From an uncultured bacterium (lineage in GTDB: Bacteria > Acidobacteriota > Thermoanaerobaculia > Multivoradales > JAHEKO01): a stretch of 64,000 nt of DNA. The notes under the pieces were generated by a model. It ran no database searches. It saw only the letters and a list, made by a program, of their open reading frames with translations, and had not been told where the DNA came from. Below are positions 17,971 through 27,708 of the stretch, piece after piece; positions within the stretch are counted from its first letter, which is position 1; each line of letters begins with the position of its first letter. Where the stretch lies: positions 26,553 through 90,552 of the forward strand of contig CAJQNK010000123.1 of assembly GCA_905479655.1 (NCBI GenBank). Direction: 5' to 3'. A program made the translations under genes and the position numbers.

Positions 17971-18651
17971 ATGAGAATCCTGGTGGTGGAGGACGAGGAG
18001 GTCCTGGCAGACGCGATCGTCGAGGCGCTCCAGGACGAGTGCTACGCCGTGGACCTGGCGGCTGATGGGGCGACTGCATCCGAGCTCATGCACGTGAACA
18101 GCTACGATCTCGTGATCCTCGACTGGACGATCCCGCCGCCGACGGGGATCCAGCTGCTGCGCCAGTGGCGGGACGGGGGCGACTCGACCCCGGTCCTGAT
18201 GCTGACGGGACGCTCGGAGGTCGAGCACCGTGTCGACGGGCTCGACACCGGGGCGGACGACTACCTCACGAAGCCGTTCTCCTTCGTGGAGTTCCTCGCC
18301 CGGGTGCGCTCCCTAATGCGCCGCCCGCAGCGGACGCTCGCCAACACCCTCGGCGCCGCGGACCTCGAGCTCGACCGGGCCTCCCGCCAGGTGACCCTCG
18401 CCAGCGAGCCGGTCGAGCTGTCGCCGAAGGAGTTCGGGGTGCTGGAGTACCTGCTCCGCCGCCAGGGCGAGGTGGTGACCCGGACCGAGCTCACCGAGCA
18501 CGTCTGGGACGAGACCTTCGACTCGGTCTCGAACGTCATCGACGTGACGGTCTACCGACTGCGCAAGAAGATCGACCGGGAGACGGCGGCGGGGAAGCTG
18601 ATCCACACCGTGAAGGGTGTGGGGTACATCCTGAAGAAAGAGAGGACGTGA
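17971..18651 (+). CDS. OmpR/PhoB-family response regulator
   Basis: MRILVVEDE, ILDW, GADDYLTKPF, LSPKEFGVLEYL, IDVTVYRLRKKI, IHTVKGVGY. Confidence 0.95.
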   Translation: MRILVVEDEEVLADAIVEALQDECYAVDLAADGATASELMHVNSYDLVILDWTIPPPTGIQLLRQWRDGGDSTPVLMLTGRSEVEHRVDGLDTGADDYLTKPFSFVEFLARVRSLMRRPQRTLANTLGAADLELDRASRQVTLASEPVELSPKEFGVLEYLLRRQGEVVTRTELTEHVWDETFDSVSNVIDVTVYRLRKKIDRETAAGKLIHTVKGVGYILKKERT

Positions 18652-18707
18652 TGCTGCCGAACCGCAGCCTCGAGGCCTCGGGCCCCGTGACGGAGATCGC
18701 GCGATGA
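18651..18707 (+). other. 18-codon mini-ORF ([18 protein letters not shown]) overlapping both neighbours
   Basis: TGATG overlap with the regulator stop; ATGA overlap with the kinase start. Confidence 0.45.
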
Positions 18708-20572
18708 ATCAAGAGCACCCGGAAGGCGCCAGCGGACTGAAGCGCGTCTTCGACCAGTGGCACTGGATGCCCGCGGCCGTCCTGGCCATGGGGATCGCCT
18801 CGATCGGCCTGCTCATCGCCAGCGACCGGATCCACGAGGAGCTCGTGGCCCGGGATCTGGCGATGGTCTGCGCCGTGAGCGACCTGCAGACCCAGGCGGC
18901 GACGGCCCACCTGTGGATCAAGGAGTTCGTCTCGGGCGACGAGGCCAATCACGACCGGATCTGGGAGCGGCTCGACGGCGCCACGGCGGTGAGCGACGCC
19001 CTCCTGGGCGGCGGCACGGTGCACCAGGTGACGGTGCAGGCGATCACGGAGCCCGCCCTGCGCGCGCAGGCGGAGGAGATCCGGGCACAGATCGTCCGGC
19101 TCCGGGACATCACCGAAGAGCGCGAGGCGCTCTACCGGCAGGGCGAGAGCGTGGGTATCGGGTCGGACATGGACATGCTCCACGACGACCTCTACTTCGC
19201 CCTCACGGACATGAGCGAGGCTCTCGAGCGCCAGATCGTGATGCGGGTCATGGAGAACAAGAGCCAGGCCCAGCTCCTCTTCCGCACGATCCTCATCGCC
19301 TGGGTCCTGATCGTCGCGATGGCGGTGACCGGCCTGTGGAGCCGCGAGCATCGGCGTCGGCAGGCGGAGGCGGCCCTGCGCGAGAGCGAGTCGCAGCTCC
19401 TCCAGGCGCAGAAGATGGAGGCCGTCGGCCGGCTCGCGGGCGGCATCGCCCACGACATCAACAACTACCTGGCGGCGATCACGGCGCAGAGCGAGCTCGT
19501 GCGGATGAAGTCCGAGCCCGGCAGCCGGGTGGCCACCAAGATGGACTCGGTGATCGCCACCGCCCAGAAGGCGTCGACGCTGATCAAGCGCCTGCTGGCG
19601 TTCAGCCGCCGGCAGCCGGTGCAGCCGGAGGTCGTGAAGCTCAACCGCGTCGTCGAGGGTCTGGGCAAGATGATGACGCGGCTCATCGGCGAGGACGTCG
19701 AGCTGGAGACCGCCCTCGAGCGCAGCATCTGGAACGTGCGCATCGACCCCTCGCAGCTCGAGCAGGTGATCGTCAACCTCCTGGTGAACGCCCGGGAGGC
19801 GATGCCCACCGGCGGCCGCCTGATGCTCACGACCCGCAACTACCGCCTCGGCCAGGCCTGGGAGGAGGCGCCGGTGAACCTGCCGCCGGGCGAGTACGTG
19901 ATGCTCTCCATCGCCGACAGCGGCACCGGCATCCCGCCCGAGATCCGGGACAAGATCTTCGAGCCGTTCTTCACCACGAAGGAGGAGGCGGGCCGCTCGG
20001 GTCTCGGCCTGGCGACGGTCTACGGCATCGTGCGCCAGAACGGTGGCCACATCACCGTCCGCAGCCAGGTAGGTGAGGGCACGGAGTTCCGCATCTTGGT
20101 CCCCCGTTGCACCGAGCCCGAGACTCGCCCCGTGACCTCGGCCGTGCGGGCCGAGCCGCCCGCCCGGGGCCACCAGGAGCGCATCCTGCTCGTCGAGGAC
20201 AGCGACGACCTGCGGGACTCGACCCGCGGCCTGCTCGAGGAGATGGGCTACCGCGTCGACGTGGCGGCGAACGGCGAGGAGGCCCTGCGTCTCTACGACA
20301 CGCTGGGCGACTCGTTGGACCTCCTCATCACCGACGTCGTGATGCCGGGAATGAGCGGCCGCGAGGTGATGGACCACATCCGTCAGCGCAACCGCGAGCT
20401 CAACGTGCTCTTCATCTCGGGCTACACGGACAGCGTCGTGGTGCGCCACGGAGTGCGCGACGGCGAGTTCGAGTTCCTGCAGAAGCCCTTCTCGGCCGAG
20501 AGCCTGGCGCGCAAGGTCCGCGACGTGCTCGAGGATCGCCCGCCCAAGACGCCGAAGTCGGCCACGGGCTGA
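18704..20572 (+). CDS. Hybrid sensor histidine kinase / receiver (CckA/NtrB-like)
   Basis: Two TM helices; [49 protein letters not shown]-terminal receiver [13 protein letters not shown]. Confidence 0.93.
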   Translation: MNQEHPEGASGLKRVFDQWHWMPAAVLAMGIASIGLLIASDRIHEELVARDLAMVCAVSDLQTQAATAHLWIKEFVSGDEANHDRIWERLDGATAVSDALLGGGTVHQVTVQAITEPALRAQAEEIRAQIVRLRDITEEREALYRQGESVGIGSDMDMLHDDLYFALTDMSEALERQIVMRVMENKSQAQLLFRTILIAWVLIVAMAVTGLWSREHRRRQAEAALRESESQLLQAQKMEAVGRLAGGIAHDINNYLAAITAQSELVRMKSEPGSRVATKMDSVIATAQKASTLIKRLLAFSRRQPVQPEVVKLNRVVEGLGKMMTRLIGEDVELETALERSIWNVRIDPSQLEQVIVNLLVNAREAMPTGGRLMLTTRNYRLGQAWEEAPVNLPPGEYVMLSIADSGTGIPPEIRDKIFEPFFTTKEEAGRSGLGLATVYGIVRQNGGHITVRSQVGEGTEFRILVPRCTEPETRPVTSAVRAEPPARGHQERILLVEDSDDLRDSTRGLLEEMGYRVDVAANGEEALRLYDTLGDSLDLLITDVVMPGMSGREVMDHIRQRNRELNVLFISGYTDSVVVRHGVRDGEFEFLQKPFSAESLARKVRDVLEDRPPKTPKSATG

Positions 20573-20609
20573 TGCGACCCGAAGCCGCGCGGAGGACGGG
20601 GGAGAGGTG

Positions 20610-21167
20610 ATGGCCTGGATTCGCACGATCGAGCCGGGGGAGGCCACGGGCCTCCTGAAGCGCCTCTTCGACGCCGCCATCGAACGCGCCGGCAAAGTCT
20701 TCCACGTCATCCAGATCCAGGGCCTGCGCCCCCATACGCTGCGCGTCTCCACCCAGCTCTATACGGAGGTGATGCACTCGTCGCGCAGCGGCCTCACGAG
20801 GGCCCAGCGCGAGATGATCGCCACCGCCGTCTCCCGCGCCAACGGGTGCCACTACTGAACCCGCGCCCACGCAGAGGACCTCCGTGCCGAGGTCCCCGAC
20901 ACCCCCGAGGGGCGGGCGCTGGTGGAGGCCGTGGCCATGGACCACCGCGAGGGCGACCTCGATCCGGCGGACCGGGCCATGCTCGACTACGCCCTGAAGC
21001 TCACCCGCACGCCCCAGGCGATGCGCCGGCGCGACGTGGAGGAGCTGCGCCGCCACGGCTTCGACGACGGGGCGATCCACGACGTCGTCCAGGTGACCGG
21101 CCTCTTCGCCTACTACAACCGCATCGCGGACGGGCTGGGGATCGAGGGCGAGCCCGAGTGGGAGTGA
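20610..21167 (+). CDS. AhpD/carboxymuconolactone-decarboxylase-like peroxidase, probable selenoprotein (Sec at TGA 20856-20858)
   Basis: ORFs 20607..20858 and 20922..21167 share one frame with a single TGA: REMIATAVSRANGCHY-U-TRAH...DYALKLT...YNRIADGLG. Confidence 0.85.
20876..20895 (+). promoter_or_regulatory. Putative bacterial SECIS hairpin
   Basis: GGACCTC-CGTGCC-GAGGTCC; loop starts 24 nt after the UGA and has G at its second position. Confidence 0.6.
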
Positions 21168-21198
21168 GCCCCCGGCCATGGTCCTCACCGGGAGGGGT

Positions 21199-21993
21199 TC
21201 AGGGGGCGCTCTCGTCCGCGGTCGGGGGCAGGGCCGGCGAAATGTACGGCACGAGGCCCGGGTCCGGGGGCCACGGTAGGAGGAGACCGCCGCCGATACC
21301 GCGGGCCACCTCGTTGCCGTAGAGGTGGGCGACGAGGTACATGGCGACGTCGAAGCTGCGCGCGCCCCCCTGGGAGGTGAGGGCGGGGCCGTCGTGGACG
21401 AAGCTGACGTTGACCTGGAGGTCGATCCCGGGGAAGCGCCGGGCGAACGACTCGTAGTCGGAGGGGAAGGTAGTGGCGGACCTCCCGTCCAGCAGATCCG
21501 CCTCGGCCAGGACGAAGGCGCCCCAACACAGGGAGACGACGAAACGCGCGTCGGAGCCGACCCGCCGTACCCACTCGACCAGCTCGCGGTTCTCGAGGTC
21601 GGTGCCCCGGCTGCCCTGGGCGCTCGGCACGACCAGGATGTCGAGGGCCGGGGCGTCGGCGAAGCCGAAGTCGGGCGTCAGCCGCAGGCCTTCCGCGGTG
21701 GTGACCGGCCGGCCGTCGGGAGAGATCGAGACGACGTCGATCCAGGGCTCGCCGCGAACGTGGTAGCGGGTGTGCTGGAGCACGTCCCACGGGGCGGTGA
21801 GCTCCGTGTTGTATACGCCGTCCACCAGCAGGAAGCCGGCCACCAGGGGCTTGGGGTCGGTGGGCTGGTCGGCGCTCCCGTCGCCGCCGGCCACGATGGC
21901 CGTCGGGAGCCCCAGGACGAGGAGCGTGGCGAGGGTCCATCTGGAGACGAGGGAGTGGAGCAGGGTATGGCGGAACGAGGCGTGGCGGAACAA
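21199..21993 (-). CDS. DJ-1/PfpI family protein with export signal
   Basis: GVYNTELTAPWDV, LDILVVPSAQG, VSLCWGAFVLAEADLLDG, TSQGG; TTG start at 21993 after GGAGGG. Confidence 0.85.
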   Translation of the reverse strand: MFRHASFRHTLLHSLVSRWTLATLLVLGLPTAIVAGGDGSADQPTDPKPLVAGFLLVDGVYNTELTAPWDVLQHTRYHVRGEPWIDVVSISPDGRPVTTAEGLRLTPDFGFADAPALDILVVPSAQGSRGTDLENRELVEWVRRVGSDARFVVSLCWGAFVLAEADLLDGRSATTFPSDYESFARRFPGIDLQVNVSFVHDGPALTSQGGARSFDVAMYLVAHLYGNEVARGIGGGLLLPWPPDPGLVPYISPALPPTADESAP

Positions 21994-22217
21994 GGCGAAG
22001 ACCCTCCGGTTGCGAGGCCGATGATACCGCACGGCCCCGGGGTCTCCGGGGCGGCCGAGATCCGCGGCTCGTCCCCGATCGGAACCTCCGTCGGGGTCCG
22101 GCTGGCATTCCATCGACTTTGGGGGATAATAGGGCGCTCGTTTCACCAGAACGTCGCGCGGCTCACGGCCGCGTTCGCCCCAAGCCGCTGCTCCGGGTGA
22201 GAAGGAGACCGACTCAA

Positions 22218-24299
22218 ATGCGACCCAAGAAGCTCGGGGAGAGCGTCCTCCTCTCCGTTCTGCTCTCCCTCCCCTTCGCCCTCTCGGCGACGGGCGGCAT
22301 CGCGGGCCCCGGCCTGCTGCCTCTGCCTACGACGGCGAACGACTTCCTCCAACCCGGAACGCAGCCCGAGACGCTGGACGAGGCGATCTTCGACTCCAAC
22401 GACTGCCGCGACTGCCACGGTGACTACGACCTCGAGGTCGAGCCGTACGGGCGCTGGAAGGGCAGCATGATGGCCCAGTCGTCCCGCGACCCGGTCTTCT
22501 GGGCCTGCCTCGCCATCGCCAACCAGGACGTGAACGGGGTCGGGGAGATCTGCCTACGCTGCCACACGCCCAGCGCGTGGTTGGGCGGGCGCAGCGACCC
22601 GCCGGACGGCTCGGCGCTGGACCCGGCGCAGGGCGACTTCGACGGCGTCACCTGCCACGTCTGCCACCGCCTGGTCGACCCGGTGTTCGATCCGGACGAG
22701 AACCCGCCGGTGGACGAGGAGGTGCTGGCGGCGCTGCCGCTGGTGCCCGGGGAGCCTCATACGGCCCAGTACATCATCGATCCCATCGACCGGCGCCGCG
22801 GGCCTTTCGTCCTGTTTCCCGGCTTCCCCTGGCACCGTTGGGCGCAGTCGCCCTTCCACCGCGAGGCGATGCTGTGCGCCAACTGCCACGACGTCTCGAA
22901 TCCGGCTCTCTCCCGGCAGGAGGACGGCACCTACAAGCTCAACGAGCTCGACACCCCGCACCCGACCCACGACAAGCAGGACGAGTTCCCGATCGAGCGC
23001 ACCTTCACCGAGTGGAAGCTCTCCTCGTTCGGGCAGGCCGAGATCGACGTCGACGGGCGCTTCGGGGGCAACAAGCCGGCGGTCTCGACCTGTCAGGACT
23101 GCCACCTCGAGGACCACACCGGGGAGGCGTGCAAGCCCGGGGTCGGCGGGACCCAGCGCGACGACATGCCCCTCCACAACTTCAACGGCGCCAACTCCTG
23201 GGTGATCGCGGCCGTCCGCACCCTGTACCCGGACGCGGAGACGGGACTCACGGACGAGATCGCCGACGCGGCCCTGGCGCGCAACGTCTCGATGCTGGAG
23301 CGGGCCGGCGATCTCGAGGTCTTCCTGCGCGACGGTCAGCTCGTGACCCGGGTGATCAATCGCACGGGGCACAAGCTGCCGACGGGTTACGGCGAGGGGC
23401 GCCGCATGTGGCTCCACGTCGAGTTCCTCGACGAGGTGGGCCAGCTCCTGGAGGACCGCGGCCACTACGACGCCGAGACGGCCACCCTGACGACGGACGA
23501 CACCCGGGTCTACGAGTCGCATCAGGGCCTGGACGACTACATGGCCGAACAGACGGGACTGCCGGCGGGGGAGAGCTTTCACTTCGTCCTCAACAACACC
23601 GTCTACAAGGATAACCGGGTTCCCCCCCGCGGCTTCGTGAACGCGGTGTACGACGAGCACCAGACCGGGGTCGTGGATCACGTCTACGCGGACGAGCAGT
23701 ACTGGGACGACGCCCTCTTCGATCTGCCCCAGGGCACCGCCAGCGTCCGCGTCACCCTCTACCACCAGACGACCTCGCGCGAGTACATCGAGTTCCTGCG
23801 CGACGAGAACCGCACCAACGACCGGGGCCAGATCGCCCACGACGTCTGGGTCGAGCAGGGACGGAGCGCTCCGGTCCCGATGTCGAGCGTCGAGGTGGAC
23901 GTCGCCGTGGGCGCCTGCCCCCAGCCGATCGTCTACGGCCTGGGCAACGTCGCCTCCAACGGCGATCGCGCGCGGCTCGGCTGGAGCGGCACGCCCAGCG
24001 TGGCGGCCGGGGACTTCGTCGTCGAGCTCTCCGGCGCGGTGCCGGGTCGCGCGACGCTGCTCGTCGGCGACGGCACGGCGAGCGAGCCGTTCGAGGCGGG
24101 CACGCGGCTGGTGGCGGCGCCGCGTCGGGTGGTGAGCTTCACCGTCGCCGCCGACGGCACCGCATCCGTCCCCGTGCCCCTCGCCGGACACCCCGGCCTG
24201 GCGGGTCGAGAGATCACCGTGCAGGTTCTCTTCGAGGACTCCGTCGGCGGCTCCCGGGCCAGCCTGAGCGACGCCCTTCACATCGACATCTGTCCCTAG
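22218..24299 (+). CDS. Secreted pentaheme c-type cytochrome with C-terminal beta-rich domains
   Basis: Five CxxCH motifs (CRDCH, CLRCH, CHVCH, CANCH, CQDCH); WKGSMMAQSSRDP; GHKLPTG; signal peptide; AAGGAG RBS. Confidence 0.88.
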   Translation: MRPKKLGESVLLSVLLSLPFALSATGGIAGPGLLPLPTTANDFLQPGTQPETLDEAIFDSNDCRDCHGDYDLEVEPYGRWKGSMMAQSSRDPVFWACLAIANQDVNGVGEICLRCHTPSAWLGGRSDPPDGSALDPAQGDFDGVTCHVCHRLVDPVFDPDENPPVDEEVLAALPLVPGEPHTAQYIIDPIDRRRGPFVLFPGFPWHRWAQSPFHREAMLCANCHDVSNPALSRQEDGTYKLNELDTPHPTHDKQDEFPIERTFTEWKLSSFGQAEIDVDGRFGGNKPAVSTCQDCHLEDHTGEACKPGVGGTQRDDMPLHNFNGANSWVIAAVRTLYPDAETGLTDEIADAALARNVSMLERAGDLEVFLRDGQLVTRVINRTGHKLPTGYGEGRRMWLHVEFLDEVGQLLEDRGHYDAETATLTTDDTRVYESHQGLDDYMAEQTGLPAGESFHFVLNNTVYKDNRVPPRGFVNAVYDEHQTGVVDHVYADEQYWDDALFDLPQGTASVRVTLYHQTTSREYIEFLRDENRTNDRGQIAHDVWVEQGRSAPVPMSSVEVDVAVGACPQPIVYGLGNVASNGDRARLGWSGTPSVAAGDFVVELSGAVPGRATLLVGDGTASEPFEAGTRLVAAPRRVVSFTVAADGTASVPVPLAGHPGLAGREITVQVLFEDSVGGSRASLSDALHIDICP

Positions 24300-24366
24300 A
24301 ACCGGACCGGGCGACGCGCCGCGATCGGCGCGCCCCCGGGATCCAACCCAACCGCAAGGAGATTCC

Positions 24367-26301
24367 ATGCCTTCGACCTTCCGTACCTTCTCCCGTCACG
24401 GCGCGGTCGCCGTGGCGCTTTTGACCCTCCTCGTCGCCTCGGCGGCCGGGGCGGTCACCCTCGACGTCCTGGAGCCGCAGCAGCAGGCGGTCTACTCCAT
24501 GCTCACGCTGCGCGGGACCGATTTCGGCACCTACAGCCCAGGCATCAGCAAGATCGTCTTCACCAGCGGTGACGGCTCGATCGTCATCGACGACGCCCGG
24601 CCCTACGTCTGGCGGAACGACTTCATCCAGGTGCGGGTCCCGGTCGGCGGACCCGCCGGCAAGATCCCGCTGGACGACATCGACGTGACGGTCGAGGCCG
24701 TCGGCGGCACCTCCAACGCGTTGCCGTTCCAGGTCCTCGCCCGGCCCTCGGCGGACACGCTGAACTTCGTCCAGCGGACCCAGATCGTCGCCAACGAGGA
24801 GGTCTCGGGTTTCCTCGGCTCCGTCGACGACAACAAGGCCCGCACCAAGGACGCCCACTTCGGTGACGTCAACGGCGACGGCTATCCGGACCTGATCGAC
24901 AACAACTCGAACAACAGCAACAACGGCACCCACTCCGTCCTGCGGCTGAACGACGGCGGCACCGGCTTCTCCGACGCGCGCTGGGAGCCGCTGGACTCGA
25001 ACGACTCGGGCACCTTCGTGGTGACGATCCTGCCCGGCGGCCTCTACCCCGGCAACGTCGTGGTGTACGACGCGGACCTCATCGACCTGAACAACGACGA
25101 GCTGCCCGACTGGGTGACCGGCGACGCCGGTTCGGCGCTGCGCGTCCGCGTCGACATGAACGACTACCAGGGCGTTCCCGGCCGGTTCGTCGAGGACACG
25201 GCGACCTGGCTGCCCAGCCAGTCCGCGCCGGGCTCCCCGGACGACGTCTGCTCGACCGACGTCAACTTCGACGGCTTCGTGGACATCGCGGTCTCCTACC
25301 GCTTCAGCAAGAACGTGGACGTCTTCTACAACGACAACGGCCAGACCTTCGGCGTGTCCCGCCGTCTGTCCGGTGTCGGTACGGCCTCCTTCCACGACGT
25401 GTTCTTCATCGACGCCAACGACGACGGCTTCGCGGACGTGATCGCCGTCAACGAGAGCGCCGGCTCGCAGCTCTTCCTGAGTGACGGCAACCTGCCGACC
25501 CCCAACTTCACCCATGACCAGACGTTCGCGGACGACGGCCACTCCGGCGTCGCCGCCGACCTCAACGGCGACGGTCTCGAGGACTTCGTGCTCTCGGAGT
25601 TCAACAAGGCGGTGGCCTACATCAACAACCCCCTGAGCCCCGGGAGCTTCCAGACCGTCGCCCTGCCCAATCCGAAGGACTTCACCTACGATCTCGAGGC
25701 CGGCGACGTCGACCTCGACGGCGACATCGACATCATCGGTGCCGTGGTGACCCTGACGGACATCGGCGACAACGCCTCCAGGGTGTGGATCAACGGCGGC
25801 AACGGCCAGAACTGGACCACCTGGACCCAGGCCAGCGACATCCTGCCGGGCATCGGCGACTACGAGCGCCTGTCGGCCGACCTGTTCGACTTCGACCTGG
25901 ACGGCGACCTGGACCTCTACCTGACGGGTTCGGACGGCTCGGGACCCTGGGGCTTCGGCGCGTCCCCGAATCAGTTCTGGGAGAATCGGCAGATCGGCCA
26001 TCGGCTGAGCGTGACCGGCAGCTGCCCGGGCCCGGGCTCGGTCGACGTGAGCGTCGCGACGCCGAACGCCTCGCTGGCGATCCTGGGCTCAGCGACGCCG
26101 GGCAGCGTCACGGTGCCGGCCGGACCCTGCCCCGGAATCACGATCGATCTGGCCAGCCCGTCGATCCTCGCGACGGTCAGCGCCGACGCCAACGGCAACT
26201 TCAGCCTGGCGCCGACCTTCCCGTCCAACGCCTGCGGCTTCTATCTGCAGGTGATCGACCTCGACGACTGTTCGGTGAGCAACCGCGTCGCCGTCCCCTG
26301 A
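24367..26301 (+). CDS. Secreted FG-GAP/VCBS-repeat protein with N-terminal IPT/TIG-like domain
   Basis: Signal peptide; GDVNGDGYPDL, DVNFDGFVDI, DANDDGFADV, DLNGDGLED, GDVDLDGDID, DFDLDGDLDL. Confidence 0.88.
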   Translation: MPSTFRTFSRHGAVAVALLTLLVASAAGAVTLDVLEPQQQAVYSMLTLRGTDFGTYSPGISKIVFTSGDGSIVIDDARPYVWRNDFIQVRVPVGGPAGKIPLDDIDVTVEAVGGTSNALPFQVLARPSADTLNFVQRTQIVANEEVSGFLGSVDDNKARTKDAHFGDVNGDGYPDLIDNNSNNSNNGTHSVLRLNDGGTGFSDARWEPLDSNDSGTFVVTILPGGLYPGNVVVYDADLIDLNNDELPDWVTGDAGSALRVRVDMNDYQGVPGRFVEDTATWLPSQSAPGSPDDVCSTDVNFDGFVDIAVSYRFSKNVDVFYNDNGQTFGVSRRLSGVGTASFHDVFFIDANDDGFADVIAVNESAGSQLFLSDGNLPTPNFTHDQTFADDGHSGVAADLNGDGLEDFVLSEFNKAVAYINNPLSPGSFQTVALPNPKDFTYDLEAGDVDLDGDIDIIGAVVTLTDIGDNASRVWINGGNGQNWTTWTQASDILPGIGDYERLSADLFDFDLDGDLDLYLTGSDGSGPWGFGASPNQFWENRQIGHRLSVTGSCPGPGSVDVSVATPNASLAILGSATPGSVTVPAGPCPGITIDLASPSILATVSADANGNFSLAPTFPSNACGFYLQVIDLDDCSVSNRVAVP

Positions 26302-26329
26302 CGGCGTTCGACCCGTCGCAGAAGTCCCT

Positions 26330-26360
26330 GGGCCCGGCGTTCGACCGCCGGGCCCTTCTC
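26330..26360 (+). terminator. GC-rich hairpin, likely terminator
   Basis: GGGCCCGGCG-N6-CGCCGGGCCC-TTCTC after the FG-GAP gene. Confidence 0.5.
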
Positions 26361-26537
26361 TCGTCGCGGCGGGCGGCGCTCGACGGGTGGACGCCCGCGT
26401 CGGGGGAGGGAGCCCAGCCCGGGGTCGTTTCTTGGGCTCCCCGCGCCTTTGCTAGAATCCGGGTCGTCCGGGTCCGGATTGGGCCCGGGCGGGGCGGGAA
26501 CGCCCTCATCCCTCAGGAAGATCTCAAAGGAGGTTGC

Positions 26538-26966
26538 GTGTATAGCCCGATCATGGTTCGACCCATGCGGGAGGAGCTCACCGCCATCGGTTTCGAGGAG
26601 CTCCGGACCGCAGACGACGTGGACAACTTCATGGCGGCGAAGCAGGGCACGGCCCTGCTGGTCATCAACTCGGTGTGCGGCTGTGCCGCCGGCCAGGCCC
26701 GGCCCGGCGTGCGCTTCGCGTTGGAGCAGGCGGAGAGCCGCGGCCTCAAGCCGGCCCGGCTGGTGACCGTCTTCGCCGGGCAGGACGCGGAGGCGACGCA
26801 GAAGGCGCGTTCGTACTTCGCGGACATCCCGCACTCGAGCCCCTCGATGGCCGTCTTCCGCGACGGCGAGCTGGTCTACTTCGTGCCGCGACACAAGATC
26901 GAAGGGCGCTCGGCGGAGCAGGTGGCCCAGGATCTTCTGGGCGCCTTCGAGCGCAACGAGGGCTAG
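26538..26966 (+). CDS. BrxA/BrxB-family bacilliredoxin
   Basis: VRPMREELT..GFEEL, INSVCGCAAGQARPG, TVFAGQD, SSPSMA; AAGGAGG RBS before GTG. Confidence 0.9.
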   Translation: MYSPIMVRPMREELTAIGFEELRTADDVDNFMAAKQGTALLVINSVCGCAAGQARPGVRFALEQAESRGLKPARLVTVFAGQDAEATQKARSYFADIPHSSPSMAVFRDGELVYFVPRHKIEGRSAEQVAQDLLGAFERNEG

Positions 26967-26970
26967 CGCC

Positions 26971-27246
26971 GTGGGCACCTTCCACCAGGGCAAGAGCGAG
27001 CTCCACGGCACCACCGTCGTGGTGGACACGACGGGGCCGGAGGTGTTCGTCGGACGGTGCGACGACGTTCTGGAGCACGGTGTTCTCCTCCTCGACGCCG
27101 ACGTCCACCGGGACGGCGAGGACGGTCGTTCGAAGGAGGAGTACGTGCGTCGGGCGGCCCAGCTCGGGGTGTGGAAGAAGCTCGACCGCGTGCTGGTGCC
27201 CCAGGCCCAGGTGGCGTCGATCCGCCGCCTGGGGGAGATCGAGTGA
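26971..27246 (+). CDS. Small hypothetical protein (beta-rich, possibly Sm-like)
   Basis: Fills the operon gap with 4-nt spacing and GTGA overlap; host-like codon usage. Confidence 0.7.
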   Translation: MGTFHQGKSELHGTTVVVDTTGPEVFVGRCDDVLEHGVLLLDADVHRDGEDGRSKEEYVRRAAQLGVWKKLDRVLVPQAQVASIRRLGEIE

Positions 27247-27617
27247 GCTGGGCGCTGCCCGTCGGCGCCCTCCTGGCGGCCCTGGGCGTCGTGGCTGGCG
27301 CCTTCGGTGCCCACGCGCTGGCGGGGCGCCTGGACGCCCGGGCCCTCGAGCTCTGGGAGACGGCCTCGCGCTACCTGATGTACGGGGCGCTCGGCCTGAT
27401 CGGCCTGGGTCTGGCCGTCCAGCGCGCCACGGGCAACGGACCGTGGGCGGCCGCCGCCTGGTGCCTGGCGGTCGGTACGGCGATCTTCGCCGGCACGGTC
27501 TTCGCCCTGGCGCTCGGCGGCCCTCGGATCCTGGGCGCGATCACGCCGATCGGCGGGAGCCTGATGATCGCGGGCTTCCTGCTCTTCGCGTGGGCCGCCT
27601 GGCGCGCCTCCGCGTAG
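27243..27617 (+). CDS. DUF423 (YgdD/TMEM256) membrane protein
   Basis: GAFGAHAL, WETASRYLMY, LGAITPIGG. Confidence 0.9.
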   Translation: MSWALPVGALLAALGVVAGAFGAHALAGRLDARALELWETASRYLMYGALGLIGLGLAVQRATGNGPWAAAAWCLAVGTAIFAGTVFALALGGPRILGAITPIGGSLMIAGFLLFAWAAWRASA

Positions 27618-27708
27618 ACACCCCCGCCGCCGGCCGCTACGATAATTCGGTCTCTCCGCGTTGTTCCGCGGGAGCCCCAACCCGAACCCGACTTCCCAGG
27701 AGGCCCCC

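Noticed and set aside
20856..20858. Pseudogene interpretation of the AhpD-like gene
   Set aside because: The only lesion is a TGA exactly at the catalytic Cys, followed by a hairpin; Sec recoding is more parsimonious
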